Made by a program: the position numbers and the translations under genes
NCBI RefSeq assembly: GCF_001194135.2
Contig: NC_069004.1
Coordinates: 6,820,962-6,859,603 of the forward strand
DNA: 38,642 bases
Origin: Octopus bimaculoides
Taxonomy: Eukaryota
Reading direction: 5' to 3'
The notes under the pieces: model-generated
Seen by the model: only the letters and a program-made list of their open reading frames with translations
The model's database searches: none
What the model was told of the DNA's origin: nothing
Part shown: positions 12,031 through 24,360 of the stretch, in pieces
Layout: the number at the start of each line of letters is the position of its first letter
Numbering within the stretch: position 1 is the stretch's first letter

Positions 12031-12915
12031 ATATATATATATACACCAATAAAGTGATGGAGGGTGCTAATGAGCACCGGTATTGCTAGAAATAAGAGCT
12101 ATTCTTGACGACACGGGAATACTAGTGTGTGTGTGCATATATATTTATATATATATGTGTGTGTNNNNNNNNNNNNNNNNNNNNNNNNNNNNNNNNNNNN
12201 NNNNNNNNNNNNNNNNNNNNNNNNNNNNNNNNNNNNNNNNNNNNNNNNNNNNNNNNNNNNNNNNNNNNNNNNNNNNNNNNNNNNNNNNNNNNNNATATAT
12301 ACATATATATGAATGTATATATATGAATATATTCATATCCATACACACGTACATATATCTCCGAATGTATAAATATTTTATAGTTACGTGTAATCTATGA
12401 GTTTCTCTCTTGTTAATGAGGTCAGAGGATAATGGAAGATTTTAAAGATTTCCAAAAACCATGTCGCTGTTTATTTGTATTCCATTCCATCATCCTTCGT
12501 TTAAAGTGCGTTTTCTTTTCGCTGCTTTCGAATTTATCAACATTTACTTAGATGCGTTCGTTGATAAACAGTTCTTGGAGATGCTCTTCTATGACAATAT
12601 AGATGACATTTATGCCGTTTCCCTAAACGCACTTTTATTTTTCTTCTACCAAATATACATTTGTATCATTTATTTGTCGATTCTTCATCACTAGCGAATA
12701 TTTCCTGCTTTCTGTTTTTCGTTTAGACAATTTCAGTGAAAACGCGCGCACACAAACACACATATACACACACACACATACAAACACAGACACATATGTG
12801 CAGCCTATATAAAGTTGGTAATTTTAGTTATCTCTGAAAATGCCAAACAGCTTGCGTAAATGACTTATAAGATAAGGCTGAATAATTTAGCAGCGTCCTT
12901 TTCTTTCTGTAAGCA

Positions 12916-12953
<38 letters not shown>

Positions 12954-14042
12954 CATAGGTACGTACATACATACATAGATACATACATACATACATATAT
13001 ACATATATGCATTTTCATTTATCAGTATATGTACGAATACATGCATATATTATTATACGTGTTTATATGTGCATATATACACATACATTATATACATATA
13101 TGTTGCACACACAAACTCGTATATCTGAATGGGTATATATATATGCATATATATATATCTGTATGCATTTGTGAGTTCTTATGCGTGTGTATAGATAGTA
13201 AATGTGATTGTATAATTATTTTTATGTGTGCATTTCGGTGCAAAAGTAATTCATTTTTGGTTCGTTGTATTTCTTCTTAAACGTTATGTTTACTTTAGAA
13301 TAAAATGTATTTCATTATATTTAGCTTATATGACATTTTTAAAGAGCAGATCTTGTTGTTTTCAATTATACTAAGACACTAGCTTTTGCATTTTATTCCC
13401 GTTTTTCCTTCCCAATTTTAAATTAAAGGTTAACACGCTCGCAAATTCAGTACTATATTTTATCCGTTCAAATTTAAGCGAACGCTAGGAGAATTTGCTT
13501 ACGTATATCACTAATATTTTGGCCTGAGAATCATCAATTGTTGTACTGTACCTAAGGAAATGTGCAGAAATTTCTTAGTGATGACAAGGTTTGAAGATGA
13601 CAAAAAACGCTAAAGGTTTTAAACATTACCGGACAGCAAATAGAGACTCGGACATTGCTTAGAAAATATTCTTCTATTAAATTGTTTTGAATCTGTCTAA
13701 AACATCACAACACAGCGATAAAATGCACCACTAATGATTGCAAAATCTACGTCATCCATTGCTTATTGCAAGTGAGGCAAGTACTTTTTCATGGCAAAAT
13801 ATCCGATCAGGTGACTTTCATAAGACCCTGAGAAAATTGACGAACTTCAGAGAACTGGGACACGAATCACGCTTTTCTCTCTAACTTACTTCCTTATTCT
13901 TATACCTTCGCCAATGGACAAGACGTTTTTAAACAACTAAGAAACAAAATCTTGATGACATCTTCAAAGAACTCATTTGTTCCAGAATCCTCAAATTCTA
14001 TGACACCTGAATAAGTAGTCTTGTTTCTCAGTTTACAAAATG

Positions 14043-14113
<71 letters not shown>

Positions 14114-15324
14114 NNNNNNNNNNNNNNNNNNNNNNNNNNNNNNNNNNNNNNNNNNNNNNNNNNNNNNNNNNNNNNNNNNNNNNNNNNNNNNNNNNNNNNN
14201 NNNNNNNNNNNNNNNNNNNNNNNNNNNNNNNNNNNNNNNNNNNNNNNNNNNNNNNNNNNNNNNNNNNNNNNNNNNNNNNNNNNNNNNNNNNNNNNNNNNN
14301 NNNNNNNNNNNNNNNNNNNNNNNNNNNNNNNNNNNNNNNNNNNNNNNNNNNNNNNNNNNNNNNNNNNNNNNNNNNNNNNNNNNNNNNNNNNNNNNNNNNN
14401 NNNNNNNNNNNNNNNNNNNNNNNNNNNNNNNNNNNNNNNNNNNNNNNNNNNNNNNNNNNNNNNNNNNNNNNNNNNNNNNNNNNNNNNNNNNNNNNNNNNN
14501 NNNNNNNNNNNNNNNNNNNNNNNNNNNNNNNNNNNNNNNNNNNNNNNNNNNNNNNNNNNNNNNNNNNNNNNNNNNNNNNNNNNNNNNNNNNNNNNNNNNN
14601 NNNNNNNNNNNNNNNNNNNNNNNNNNNNNNNNNNNNNNNNNNNNNNNNNNNNNNNNNNNNNNNNNNNNNNNNNNNNNNNNNNNNNNNNNNNNNNNNNNNN
14701 NNNNNNNNNNNNNNNNNNNNNNNNNNNNNNNNNNNNNNNNNNNNNNNNNNNNNNNNNNNNNNNNNNNNNNNNNNNNNNNNNNNNNNNNNNNNNNNNNNNN
14801 NNNNNNNNNNNNNNNNNNNNNNNNNNNNNNNNNNNNNNNNNNNNNNNNNNNNNNNNNNNNNNNNNNNNNNNNNNNNNNNNNNNNNNNNNNNNNNNNNNNN
14901 NNNNNNNNNNNNNNNNNNNNNNNNNNNNNNNNNNNNNTATATATATATATATATATGCGTTTAAATACTAAGCAAAACTTGAAAAATCATACTCTATATG
15001 CTAATGAAACTGACGAATTAATATTGGTCGGGGGGAAGCAATATTAAATGTAAAGAACTCGGTAATGATTATAAACAAAGCAAATTTCTCCGAAAGGACC
15101 CAAAAGTTTTAATGAATTGTATAACAAATTGAATGAGCTAAATAGCGTAGAGAATATTGTGGCGGCGAGCAGAAATGTGACAGTAATTAGAACAGAATCA
15201 CTGGAAATGTGATGTGAACAGAATTTAATTAAGGAAACACGAGCAGGCAGATTAAAATTTCAAGTAGGACATTAAGAGTGATTGATTGAAATTATATGGG
15301 TTATTATTGTTGTTGCTTATACCT

Positions 15325-15430
15325 TAACGCGACGAGTTAGCAGAATTGTTAACGCGTCGGACAATAATGTTTAGCGCCATTTCTTCTGGCTGTTTACTTT
15401 CTATGCCCTCTACCTGCAGAGGTCGGTCTA
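15325..15430 (+). mobile_element. SINE family A, diverged 5' fragment
   Basis: gcgacgagttagcagaattgttaacgcgtcggacaataatgtttagcgccatttc matches the head at 7755-7810. Confidence 0.6.
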
Positions 15431-15432
15431 GC

Positions 15433-16191
15433 CTAAAATACCTTTGCGGGATCGACGAAATAACTGCCTCTCAAGCATTGAGTATGATAAGCATAAACCA
15501 GTGTCAATAGTGGTTCCAGAATTTCCGAGCCGGAAACTACAGCCTAAAAGATGAGCCTCCTCCTGGAAGATCTGTAGAGCTCGACGAGGACGTCCTGCAA
15601 ACGTTGGTGGAACAAAATCCCATCGTAACTGTTGAGGAATTAACAGAGAAGCTTGGATTTGGTCATTCAACCATTCATCGACACCCGAAAGCCATCAGAA
15701 AAGTCAGCAAATTGGGTCAGTGGATTCTTCGCAAATTTTACGAGTCTAATTGCACGCAGAGTGAATGTGTGCACTAATTTGCTGTCACGTCTCGCGAATG
15801 AACCTGTTTTGAACCGAATAGTGACTGGTGACGAGAAATGGGTTCTCTATAAAAATGATAAGAAAAGGAGAAACACCGGTACCACAGGCTAAAAAAGGTC
15901 TTCATCCATGTAAGGTGTTATCTGTTTGGTGGGATTGGAAATGTTTAGTCGACTTTGAACCTTTAAACCCCAACCGAACAATAACCAAACAGCCCTAGAA
16001 GAAAAACGACCATCTTTGGTTTCAAGACGAAAGGTGTTCTTCCATCATGATAATGCTCGGCCACATACAGCGAGGATGACATTCCAAAGGCTAGAGCAGT
16101 TTGAACGGGAAACGGTGCCCCACCCACCATATTCGCCGGACATTGCCCCATCTGATTATCATTTATTTCGCAGTTTTCACAATCATTTGGA
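15433..16191 (+). pseudogene. Mariner (Tc1/mariner, DD34D) transposase remnant, with frameshifts and deletions, truncated by an assembly gap
   Basis: Successive frames give WFQNFRAGNYSLKDEPPPGR (HTH region), GQWILRKF (WVPHEL equivalent), RIVTGDEKWVLY (first D), GLHPCKVLSVWWDWK, HHDNARPHT and HPPYSPDIAPSDYHLF. There are exactly 34 residues between the second and third D. Confidence 0.95.
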
Positions 16192-16803
16192 NNNNNNNNN
16201 NNNNNNNNNNNNNNNNNNNNNNNNNNNNNNNNNNNNNNNNNNNNNNNNNNNNNNNNNNNNNNNNNNNNNNNNNNNNNNNNNNNNNNNNNNNNNNNNNNNN
16301 NNNNNNNNNNNNNNNNNNNNNNNNNNNNNNNNNNNNNNNNNNNNNNNNNNNNNNNNNNNNNNNNNNNNNNNNNNNNNNNNNNNNNNNNNNNNNNNNNNNN
16401 NNNNNNNNNNNNNNNNNNNNNNNNNNNNNNNNNNNNNNNNNNNNNNNNNNNNNNNNNNNNNNNNNNNNNNNNNNNNNNNNNNNNNNNNNNNNNNNNNNNN
16501 NNNNNNNNNNNNNNNNNNNNNNNNNNNNNNNNNNNNNNNNNNNNNNNNNNNNNNNNNNNNNNNNNNNNNNNNNNNNNNNNNNNNNNNNNNNNNNNNNNNN
16601 NNNNNNNNNNNNNNNNNNNNNNNNNNNNNNNNNNNNNNNNNNNNNNNNNNNNNNNNNNNNNNNNNNNNNNNNNNNNNNNNNNNNNNNNNNNNNNNNNNNN
16701 NNNNNNNNNNNNNNNNNNNNNNNNNNNNNNNNNNNNNNNNNNNNNNNNNNNNNNNNNNNNNNNNNNNNNNNNNNNNNNNNNNNNNNNNNNNNNNNNNNNN
16801 NNN

Positions 16804-16871
<68 letters not shown>
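16804..16871. repeat. (TG)n microsatellite
   Basis: Direct reading. Other long (TG)n/(CA)n tracts at about 27690-27770, 30614-30726, 33003-33135, 125-170 and 22088-22146. Confidence 0.97.
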
Positions 16872-16873
<2 letters not shown>

Positions 16874-17059
16874 GAAGGAACAAGTTGATTAATAACCGGC
16901 CAATCAACACATTCGTTTTACTCCTTGTTGTGACGTGATATTTAGGGCTGGCTGTCATTGTAAATTGTAACGAGGTACCAAGTTAGCTGTAGGGGAAAAG
17001 AGGAATGGGGAGGCGAAGAAGGGGAGGAGGTGAATGAAGAAGAGGAGGTGGAGGATGGG

Positions 17060-17289
17060 TTAGGATAGAGTAGAAGTCGAGGTAGTGGTGGTGATAATTA
17101 TACTGTTCGTGGTGGTAGTTGTGGGAAGTTAGTGGCTGTGATGTGTGAGGATGGAAATGGTTCTAGTAGTAGTAGTGGTAACGCGTTCGTCGTGAAGATG
17201 GCGGCGTGATGGTGATGGAGGTGGTCGTGGTGGAGGTGGAATTGGCAGTAGTCATTATTGTGATGGCAGCTGTGGTAGTGTCGACTCTG

Positions 17290-17334
<45 letters not shown>

Positions 17335-17690
17335 ACGGTGGTTTTGGTGTTCGTGGTGATGGTAGAAGTGTTGGTGGTGGCAGCGGTTATGGTGGTGGTG
17401 GTGGTGTTAGTGGTGGTGGTGGTGGTGGTGATGATGGTGATGGTAATGGAGGTAGTGATAGTGTTAGTGGTTGTGATGTTGGTGGTAGTGGTGGAGGTTG
17501 TAGTGGTGGTGATGGAGGTGGTAGTAGTTGTGGTGGTGATGTTGGTTGTAGTGGTGGCGGTGGTGGTGGTGATGTTGGTTGTAGTGGTGAAGATGGTGGT
17601 AGTGGCTGTGGTAACGGTGGTTGTGATAGTGTTGTTTGGGCGGAGTGGAATCGTAAAATGGCAAAGCAAGAGAAGAAGATGATGATATAG
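17060..17690. repeat. Degenerate (GGT/AGT/GAT/GTT)n trinucleotide tract
   Basis: Direct reading; source of the poly-V, poly-T, poly-P and poly-H ORFs. Confidence 0.95.
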
Positions 17691-18830
17691 GAAGCGATAT
17701 TTATCACGAGTTAGTTATCCGCTCGTAAAGTCTTCGGCTGTGGTTCTCCTTTTGTGTTAATTGCAATCAACACATAATGATGCGAGGCATGAGACAAAGA
17801 GCAATTACAGTGCATGTAACATAGTGTCAAGAGCGAGGGGGAGGAGGGCTGGAAGGTAGCAGAAAAAGGCGAAGCGAAGCGAGGTGAGGCGATACTCGTT
17901 TAGAGTTGGAAATGGCGTGGTTTGGCGGTGGAGGGAAGGGGCTGCCGACAGTGTCCGGTCATATCTTATCGCTATGTCCGTTTCTGTTGCCGTGCAGTGG
18001 CGTGGTAATGATTTGGTTGTGGCGCGGTAATGGCATTAAATAATGTAACGTATAATATACCTTGGACAATTACAGTCCATGGGATGTAACGTGATGCCAT
18101 AGTGGTAGCGGTGGTGGTTGTGGTGGTGGTGGTGGCACTAGTAGAGTAACGAGGACATAGCCAGATATGGCTTGGTTTGGTTGGAGTGGGGGGACTGGCT
18201 GGTAGTTTCTTATAGTCATGTACGATTCTGTAGCTCCGGCGACGCGGTGTTATGTGGTACAGCGTGGAGTAGTGAGCGTATAACAAGGCGGAGCAGTGAT
18301 GAGGTTGCCTGACATGGCGTGATCGATTGATATGGCTGGGCATTGTACTAATGGTCAAATGATCACGGCCATTTTTTACTCTCTAATTGCAGTGGTGTGT
18401 GTGTGTGTGTATGTGTGTGTGTGTTTACAGAGTGGTTACTTCTGTTACGTGACGTGCTGTCCGGGGTCATAGCGCGGATTTTGGTGTGGATCTGAGGTCC
18501 GGTAGTGATAGTCCGTTGGCGTTATTCTACGGCCCAGGGCATGGCCGGATTAAGACACACAGAGGCCCTAAGCCCTAAAAAGATTTTAATGCCCCCGTAT
18601 ACATGTAATTACCTTGATGACCTGACCACATGCTGTTGTTTGCTCAAGTGCTGGCGTAGTATCCCGTGGTATCTGTATACTGACGCCATTGCGTGATATA
18701 CTATGGCGTCTCCTGTCATGACGTCGTTGTGTCCATTGATGACGTTCTGCTGACGTCATTAGGTTGTTTAGTAACTTGGGTGATAATACAGTTCTATATT
18801 AAAGAGATGAGGAATTATGTACATTATTTA

Positions 18831-18996
18831 CATTATTTACATTATTTACATTTGACGGATATGTGTCCTCAACTTGTTTGTTGTTAACACAACGTTTCGG
18901 CTGATGAAGGCTGGAGGGTATATCAGCCGAAACGTTGTGTTAACAACAAACAAGATGAGGACAAATATCCGTCAAATGTAAATAATGTAAATAATG
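18831..18996. mobile_element. Foldback element: 75-bp inverted arms with a 16-bp spacer, probably derived from a Penelope-like pLTR
   Basis: 18831-18905 is the reverse complement of 18922-18996 with 2 mismatches. The termini carry a 9-bp cattattta unit (3 copies left, 2 right). Confidence 0.85.
18901..18941 (+). ncRNA. Minimal hammerhead ribozyme core (type I-like); stem I not formable in this copy
   Basis: CUGAUGA (18901-07), extra A, GGCUG/CAGCC stem II with a 10-nt loop, GAAA (18929-32), then C-GUU forming a loopless palindromic stem III. Confidence 0.6.
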
Positions 18997-19064
18997 AACT
19001 TTGGTGATATTGTGGTGTTCAGCGGGGCCCCTTCCGTCATCTTGTGGATTAATAAAAAATGTCT

Positions 19065-19280
19065 GCTTCTGATTTAGGCTCAAAGACTGTAATTTGGAGG
19101 ATAGAGAAACCGATATCTTTGATTCCAGTACGTGACTAGTAATTTATTTTATTGATCTCGAAAGGGTGAAAGACAACGTTGATGTCGGTGGAATTTGAAC
19201 TCACAAACATACAAACGGAAGAAATTTTGAAAGCATTTTTTCGACACTCTAACGACCCTGCTAGCATGCTGCTTACCACC
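19065..19280 (-). mobile_element. SINE family A, diverged near full-length copy (antisense)
   Basis: ggaatttgaactca, ccagtacgtgactagtaatttattttattgatctcgaaagg and aacgaccctgctagc are homologous to other family A copies. Confidence 0.7.
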
Positions 19281-19310
19281 GCCTTCAGTTACCCTTTACC
19301 CCCTCCGTTG

Positions 19311-19400
19311 CCCCTTCGCCGCCCTACACCATCCGACGCCGCTCTTCGCCGCCCTTTGCCGCCCATCGCCACACTTCGCCGCCTTTCGCTGCCCTTCTCA
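19311..19400. repeat. GC-rich 10-bp tandem repeat, about 9 units, consensus GCCCTTCGCC
   Basis: Units: ccccttcgcc/gccctacacc/atccgacgcc/gctcttcgcc/gccctttgcc/gcccatcgcc/acacttcgcc/gcctttcgct/gcccttctca. Confidence 0.85.
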
Positions 19401-20065
19401 GCATTCTATATTAGGAATAATATTGAAACAACATGGAATTAACTTTTGAATTATTAATGGACATTAGATTATTACAGCGGGATTTTAAAATATGGAGATT
19501 TTACAGGATTAGCATTACCGGTTGCATTAGAAATAAAAATGCGCCTACGTATTCTGCATTACTATAAGATTTACAGGTTGGTATTTAGCCCATGGTTGAC
19601 AGGGAGAGATTTCGAGATATGAAAGCTTAGTGGAGTAGCTTTACATTAGAAATAATGTGATCGCTTGGGCTACATTACTATAAGTGCGTTGAGATTATTC
19701 TTTAACCCATTGTTAGTCAAATCATGACCTTAGTGATATTAGCTTATGATGTCAGGGATGCTCAGAAGATTTAGACGCTACTTCTAGAGTCAAGTAACGA
19801 CATATATGTACATTCACTGCCATTATGGGTTTTGTTGTGTTTTTTTTTTTTTTTAGCTCAAGTACGCATTACAAGATACAAGATACACGTACACGTCAAA
19901 TTTATACAGCAGCGAACTGATGTCTCTAAACAAACCACAAACCCCTCCTTCATAGACAGAGGGTCGCAACCGACAGTTAGTCTGTCATAGTATTTACTGA
20001 CAGGAATATTGATGGGAATTGATGTCGCTACAAAATTGATAATAACCGGTTACCTGCGTTGATTC

Positions 20066-20283
20066 TTATAAGCCAAGCATCCAAAACATTTCTCGGAAAT
20101 ATGTCATTCGTTGCTCTACAAGCCTGACGACATCTGTGCGTGTAGAGAGAGGTAAACGTATGTATATCATCAGAATAATTTCAAAAGATGCGTTCAAAAC
20201 TCCGATGAGAGCAGCAACTGCAATATACTGTATGACTGAACGAATGACATTGGGCCCCAAAATGAAGGAGTTGTCTTGATATT
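20066..20283 (-). CDS. Candidate coding exon of unknown product, with a possible TM helix
   Basis: Acceptor ttatttcgtag; open frame YQDNSFILGPNVIRSVIQYIAVAALIGVLNASFEIILMIYIRLPLSTRTDVVRLVEQRMTYFREMFWMLGL*; donor CAG|gtaacc 12 nt after the stop. No homology recognised. Confidence 0.22.
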
Positions 20284-20482
20284 CTACGAAATAATGTCAG
20301 AGAAATATTTCATAGTTTCTGCATCTGCTATATATTTAAACTCATCCTACTAATTTCTATTGTTGTCATAGAGAAATACAGTCGTTGCACCAACTACCAT
20401 TTACGTAGTTGTGCACTCTCTCAGTCATTAAAAACATCTCGCTTGGATGGATTAAATTAGCACTACGTACGTCCATGTTTGC

Positions 20483-20528
<46 letters not shown>

Positions 20529-22080
20529 TATAGGTACTTGATAAATTCTTAAATAGATTTTTTCCTTATATTTTATATGTGTGTACATTTATATATACAT
20601 ATTTATATATATATATATNNNNNNNNNNNNNNNNNNNNNNNNNNNNNNNNNNNNNNNNNNNNNNNNNNNNNNNNNNNNNNNNNNNNNNNNNNNNNNNNNN
20701 NNNNNNNNNNNNNNNNNNNNNNNNNNNNNNNNNNNNNNNNNNNNNNNNNNNNNNNNNNNNNNNNNNNNNNNNNNNNNNNNNNNNNNNNNNNNNNNNNNNN
20801 NNNNNNNNNNNNNNNNNNNNNNNNNNNNNNNNNNNNNNNNNNNNNNNNNNNNNNNNNNNNNNNNNNNNNNNNNNNNNNNNNNNNNNNNNNNNNNNNNNNN
20901 NNNNNNNNNNNNNNNNNNNNNNNNNNNNNNNNNNNNNNNNNNNNNNNNNNNNNNNNNNNNNNNNNNNNNNNNNNNNNNNNNNNNNNNNNNNNNNNNNNNN
21001 NNNNNNNNNNNNNNNNNNNNNNNNNNNNNNNNNNNNNNNNNNNNNNNNNNNNNNNNNNNNNNNNNNNNNNNNNNNNNNNNNNNNNNNNNNNNNNNNNNNN
21101 NNNNNNNNNNNNNNNNNNNNNNNNNNNNNNNNNNNNNNNNNNNNNNNNNNNNNNNNNNNNNNNNNNNNNNNNNNNNNNNNNNNNNNNNNNNNNNNNNNNN
21201 NNNNNNNNNNNNNNNNNNNNNNNNNNNNNNNNNNNNNNNNNNNNNNNNNNNNNNNNNNNNNNNNNNNNNNNNNNNNNNNNNNNNNNNNNNNNNNNNNNNN
21301 NNNNNNNNNNNNNNNNNNNNNNNNNNNNNNNNNNNNNNNNNNNNNNNNNNNNNNNNNNNNNNNNNNNNNNNNNNNNNNNNNNNNNNNNNNNNNNNNNNNN
21401 NNNNNNNNNNNNNNNNNNNNNNNNNNNNNNNNNNNNNNNNNNNNNNNNNNNNNNNNNNNNNNNNNNNNNNNNNNNNNNNNNNNNNNTATATATATATAGA
21501 TGTGTATGTGTGTGCGCATATGTATATGTGTGTGTATCAAAGTGTGTGCGCGTATCCATATATACATATGTATATATATTCATATATAGAGGCATGTGTA
21601 TATATATGTATGTATTCATATGTGTGCGTATATACATGTCTATATGATTGTGTATATATATATATATATATACATACATATATATATATATATACTTAGA
21701 CATGTGTAACCTTATATTTCTTTATGTATCTCTGTGTGTATTTACGTGTGTGTGCGTGTGTCTGTGTATGTATGTGTCTGTGTTCCTGTTTATACATATA
21801 TATGTACTTACGTATATCTGCGAATGCGTACGGCTGTGCGTGCGCTCGTATCCATGCCTTCGTTCGAGATGTGTGATCTTTAGAAATACTCATGCGCACA
21901 CATACACACACATATCTACATATGCATGTTGTTGTCTATATATATATACATATACATGCATACATTTCAATATTCTGTTAAAGTAAGCAATAATTTAACT
22001 CCCATCCATTCTCCGCGTCCGAAGATAGCAGAGGAGAAAGTAAATGGGCTCTTAGCTACGTAGTGAGAAACCCACTCACG

Positions 22081-22111
<31 letters not shown>

Positions 22112-22175
22112 ATACACACACACACATACACACACACACGCACATATACACATACTCATATATAATCACACGTAC

Positions 22176-22218
<43 letters not shown>

Positions 22219-24237
22219 ATTATGTATATATTTGTATATATGCATACGTGTGTGTCTGAATTCGTACATACGTATATAAACATATATATGTGTGTATATA
22301 NNNNNNNNNNNNNNNNNNNNNNNNNNNNNNNNNNNNNNNNNNNNNNNNNNNNNNNNNNNNNNNNNNNNNNNNNNNNNNNNNNNNNNNNNNNNNNNNNNNN
22401 NNNNNNNNNNNNNNNNNNNNNNNNNNNNNNNNNNNNNNNNNNNNTATATATATATATATACATGCATATGACGCAGGAATACGTATGTCCTAATTGCATC
22501 GGTTTGCAGCCATCCTAATCATCTACTACAGAAACACACACTGTCGCGTTGACACTAATTTATTTAATTTTAATTTTGGTTTACATATTAAATCATGCTG
22601 TGGATCCAGCTGGAAACATGGATGTTTAGCGTTGCAGTGACAGAACAGCGAACAAAAGAATTTATCATGAATGAAATTGTTTGGAAGCGTGCGAAACACG
22701 AAATTGATCTGCCATTTGTGAAAAAGTAGAAAATAAATTGGTTTGGTCAGAAAGCACTGCAACAGGTGACACGCTCTCCTCTTAATTTGGCCATACATGG
22801 ACAAGCTGTTGCTAAATGTGGCATGAGAATGCTCCAAAGGTGACGGATGTGCAACGGTGATAAGTGGATATGGGAGCTAAAGAGACATATGGTTCGCTTT
22901 TTGATCAGGCAAAGTTGATGGAGGAATTGTTGTGTCTTGACGTGCGTGGGTTTTCAATGATTTCATCAGGCGTTGTGTCCTGCTGGTCAAGTATTATAAG
23001 AAAGATAATCGTTTTCAGATCAATCTTGACAGAATTAAAAGCATGAATTTTAAATCGAGCAGTAATTTTTAAGGCTCATAGAATATACATAATAATTTTC
23101 TTACTTACCCTTTAGAAAGAAATAAAAAAAAAATTATGTATCAGCTATCATGTACAGCCCCATTTCATCCTTCTCCGAAATCGTCAGAATGGTACGTTTC
23201 AGTAGTTTACGACGGAAGACGAGGCGAAACATGTTGAAACAGCAGTGTCCCGGAACGTCGTGTGACGATGAACCGTCTGTTTTGAACACTGCAGTGACTA
23301 GCATATTTTGCGTCCTAACCAGTTTCGACGTTTTAAGTATAAATATGCAAATAGTAGGTCATTTTTTATATCACATCACGCCATGTCGCGGTTTACTCTC
23401 ACGGGGTGTTTTGGAACGTAACACCAGCGAGGAATTACTCTGTGTGCGTGTGAATAGAACAGATACACGTATACACACATATGCAAACATACATGAGAAG
23501 ATATACACCCAACAGATACACATGCGTACATATATACAAAAAAAATGAATATACATATATGTATGTAAGACATATATCTGTGGGTATAAACGCATGTATA
23601 CGTGTAAATGTACGTATATCCTTACTTATATAAATGTATACATATATACACACATACGCCTGTACATATAAATGTATATATATNNNNNNNNNNNNNNNNN
23701 NNNNNNNNNNNNNNNNNNNNNNNNNNNNNNNNNNNNNNNNNNNNNNNNNNNNNNNNNNNNNNNNNNNNNNNNNNNNNNNNNNNNNNNNNNNNNNNNNNNN
23801 NNNNNNNNNNNNNNNTATACACACATACATTTGTATATATAAATGTATATACGTTTATCGCGTTGTTGCTTTTTTTTCTTGTGTTTGTTCTTGGTTTTTT
23901 TTCTCGGAAATAGCTGTTGAACTCGTAAAGCTCTTATTCAAAACTTTTAATTCCTTATATCATTTCTATTCCGTGTAAGTCGGACCTTTTTTTTTTATAT
24001 GTAAACATGCGTACAATTTTTGTATTAAATGTATTTAATAATTTTTGCATATCAACTTGCCTAATTTAACTTGCCCTTTACATTTATGTCTCTACCTGCT
24101 CAAGTTTAAACCTCTTGAGCACTACGATGTGTATTCTATACGGAGAATATCTGTCTCTCATCCGTATGTATATATATATATGTATATACATAGATATACG
24201 GCAAATGAAAGACGGAAGATGGACTATATATATATAG

Positions 24238-24360
24238 GGAGAGAGAGAGAGAGACAGAGAGAGCGACAGAGAGAGAGAGACAGAGACAGAGAGAGAGACA
24301 CAGAGAGAGACAGAGAGAGAGACATAGAGAGAGACAGAGAGAGAGACAGAGAGAAACAGG
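24238..24360. repeat. (GA)n/(GACA) purine-rich microsatellite
   Basis: Direct reading; source of the RE/RD and SL ORFs. Confidence 0.95.

Noticed and set aside
12400-12720. Possible Penelope GIY-YIG remnant on the minus strand
   Set aside because: Only a vague resemblance; no GIY/YIG or RT motif could be read.
18533-18575. cagggcatggccggattaag...gaggccctaagc resembling a DNA-transposon terminus
   Set aside because: No matching opposite terminus or TSD was found in the window.
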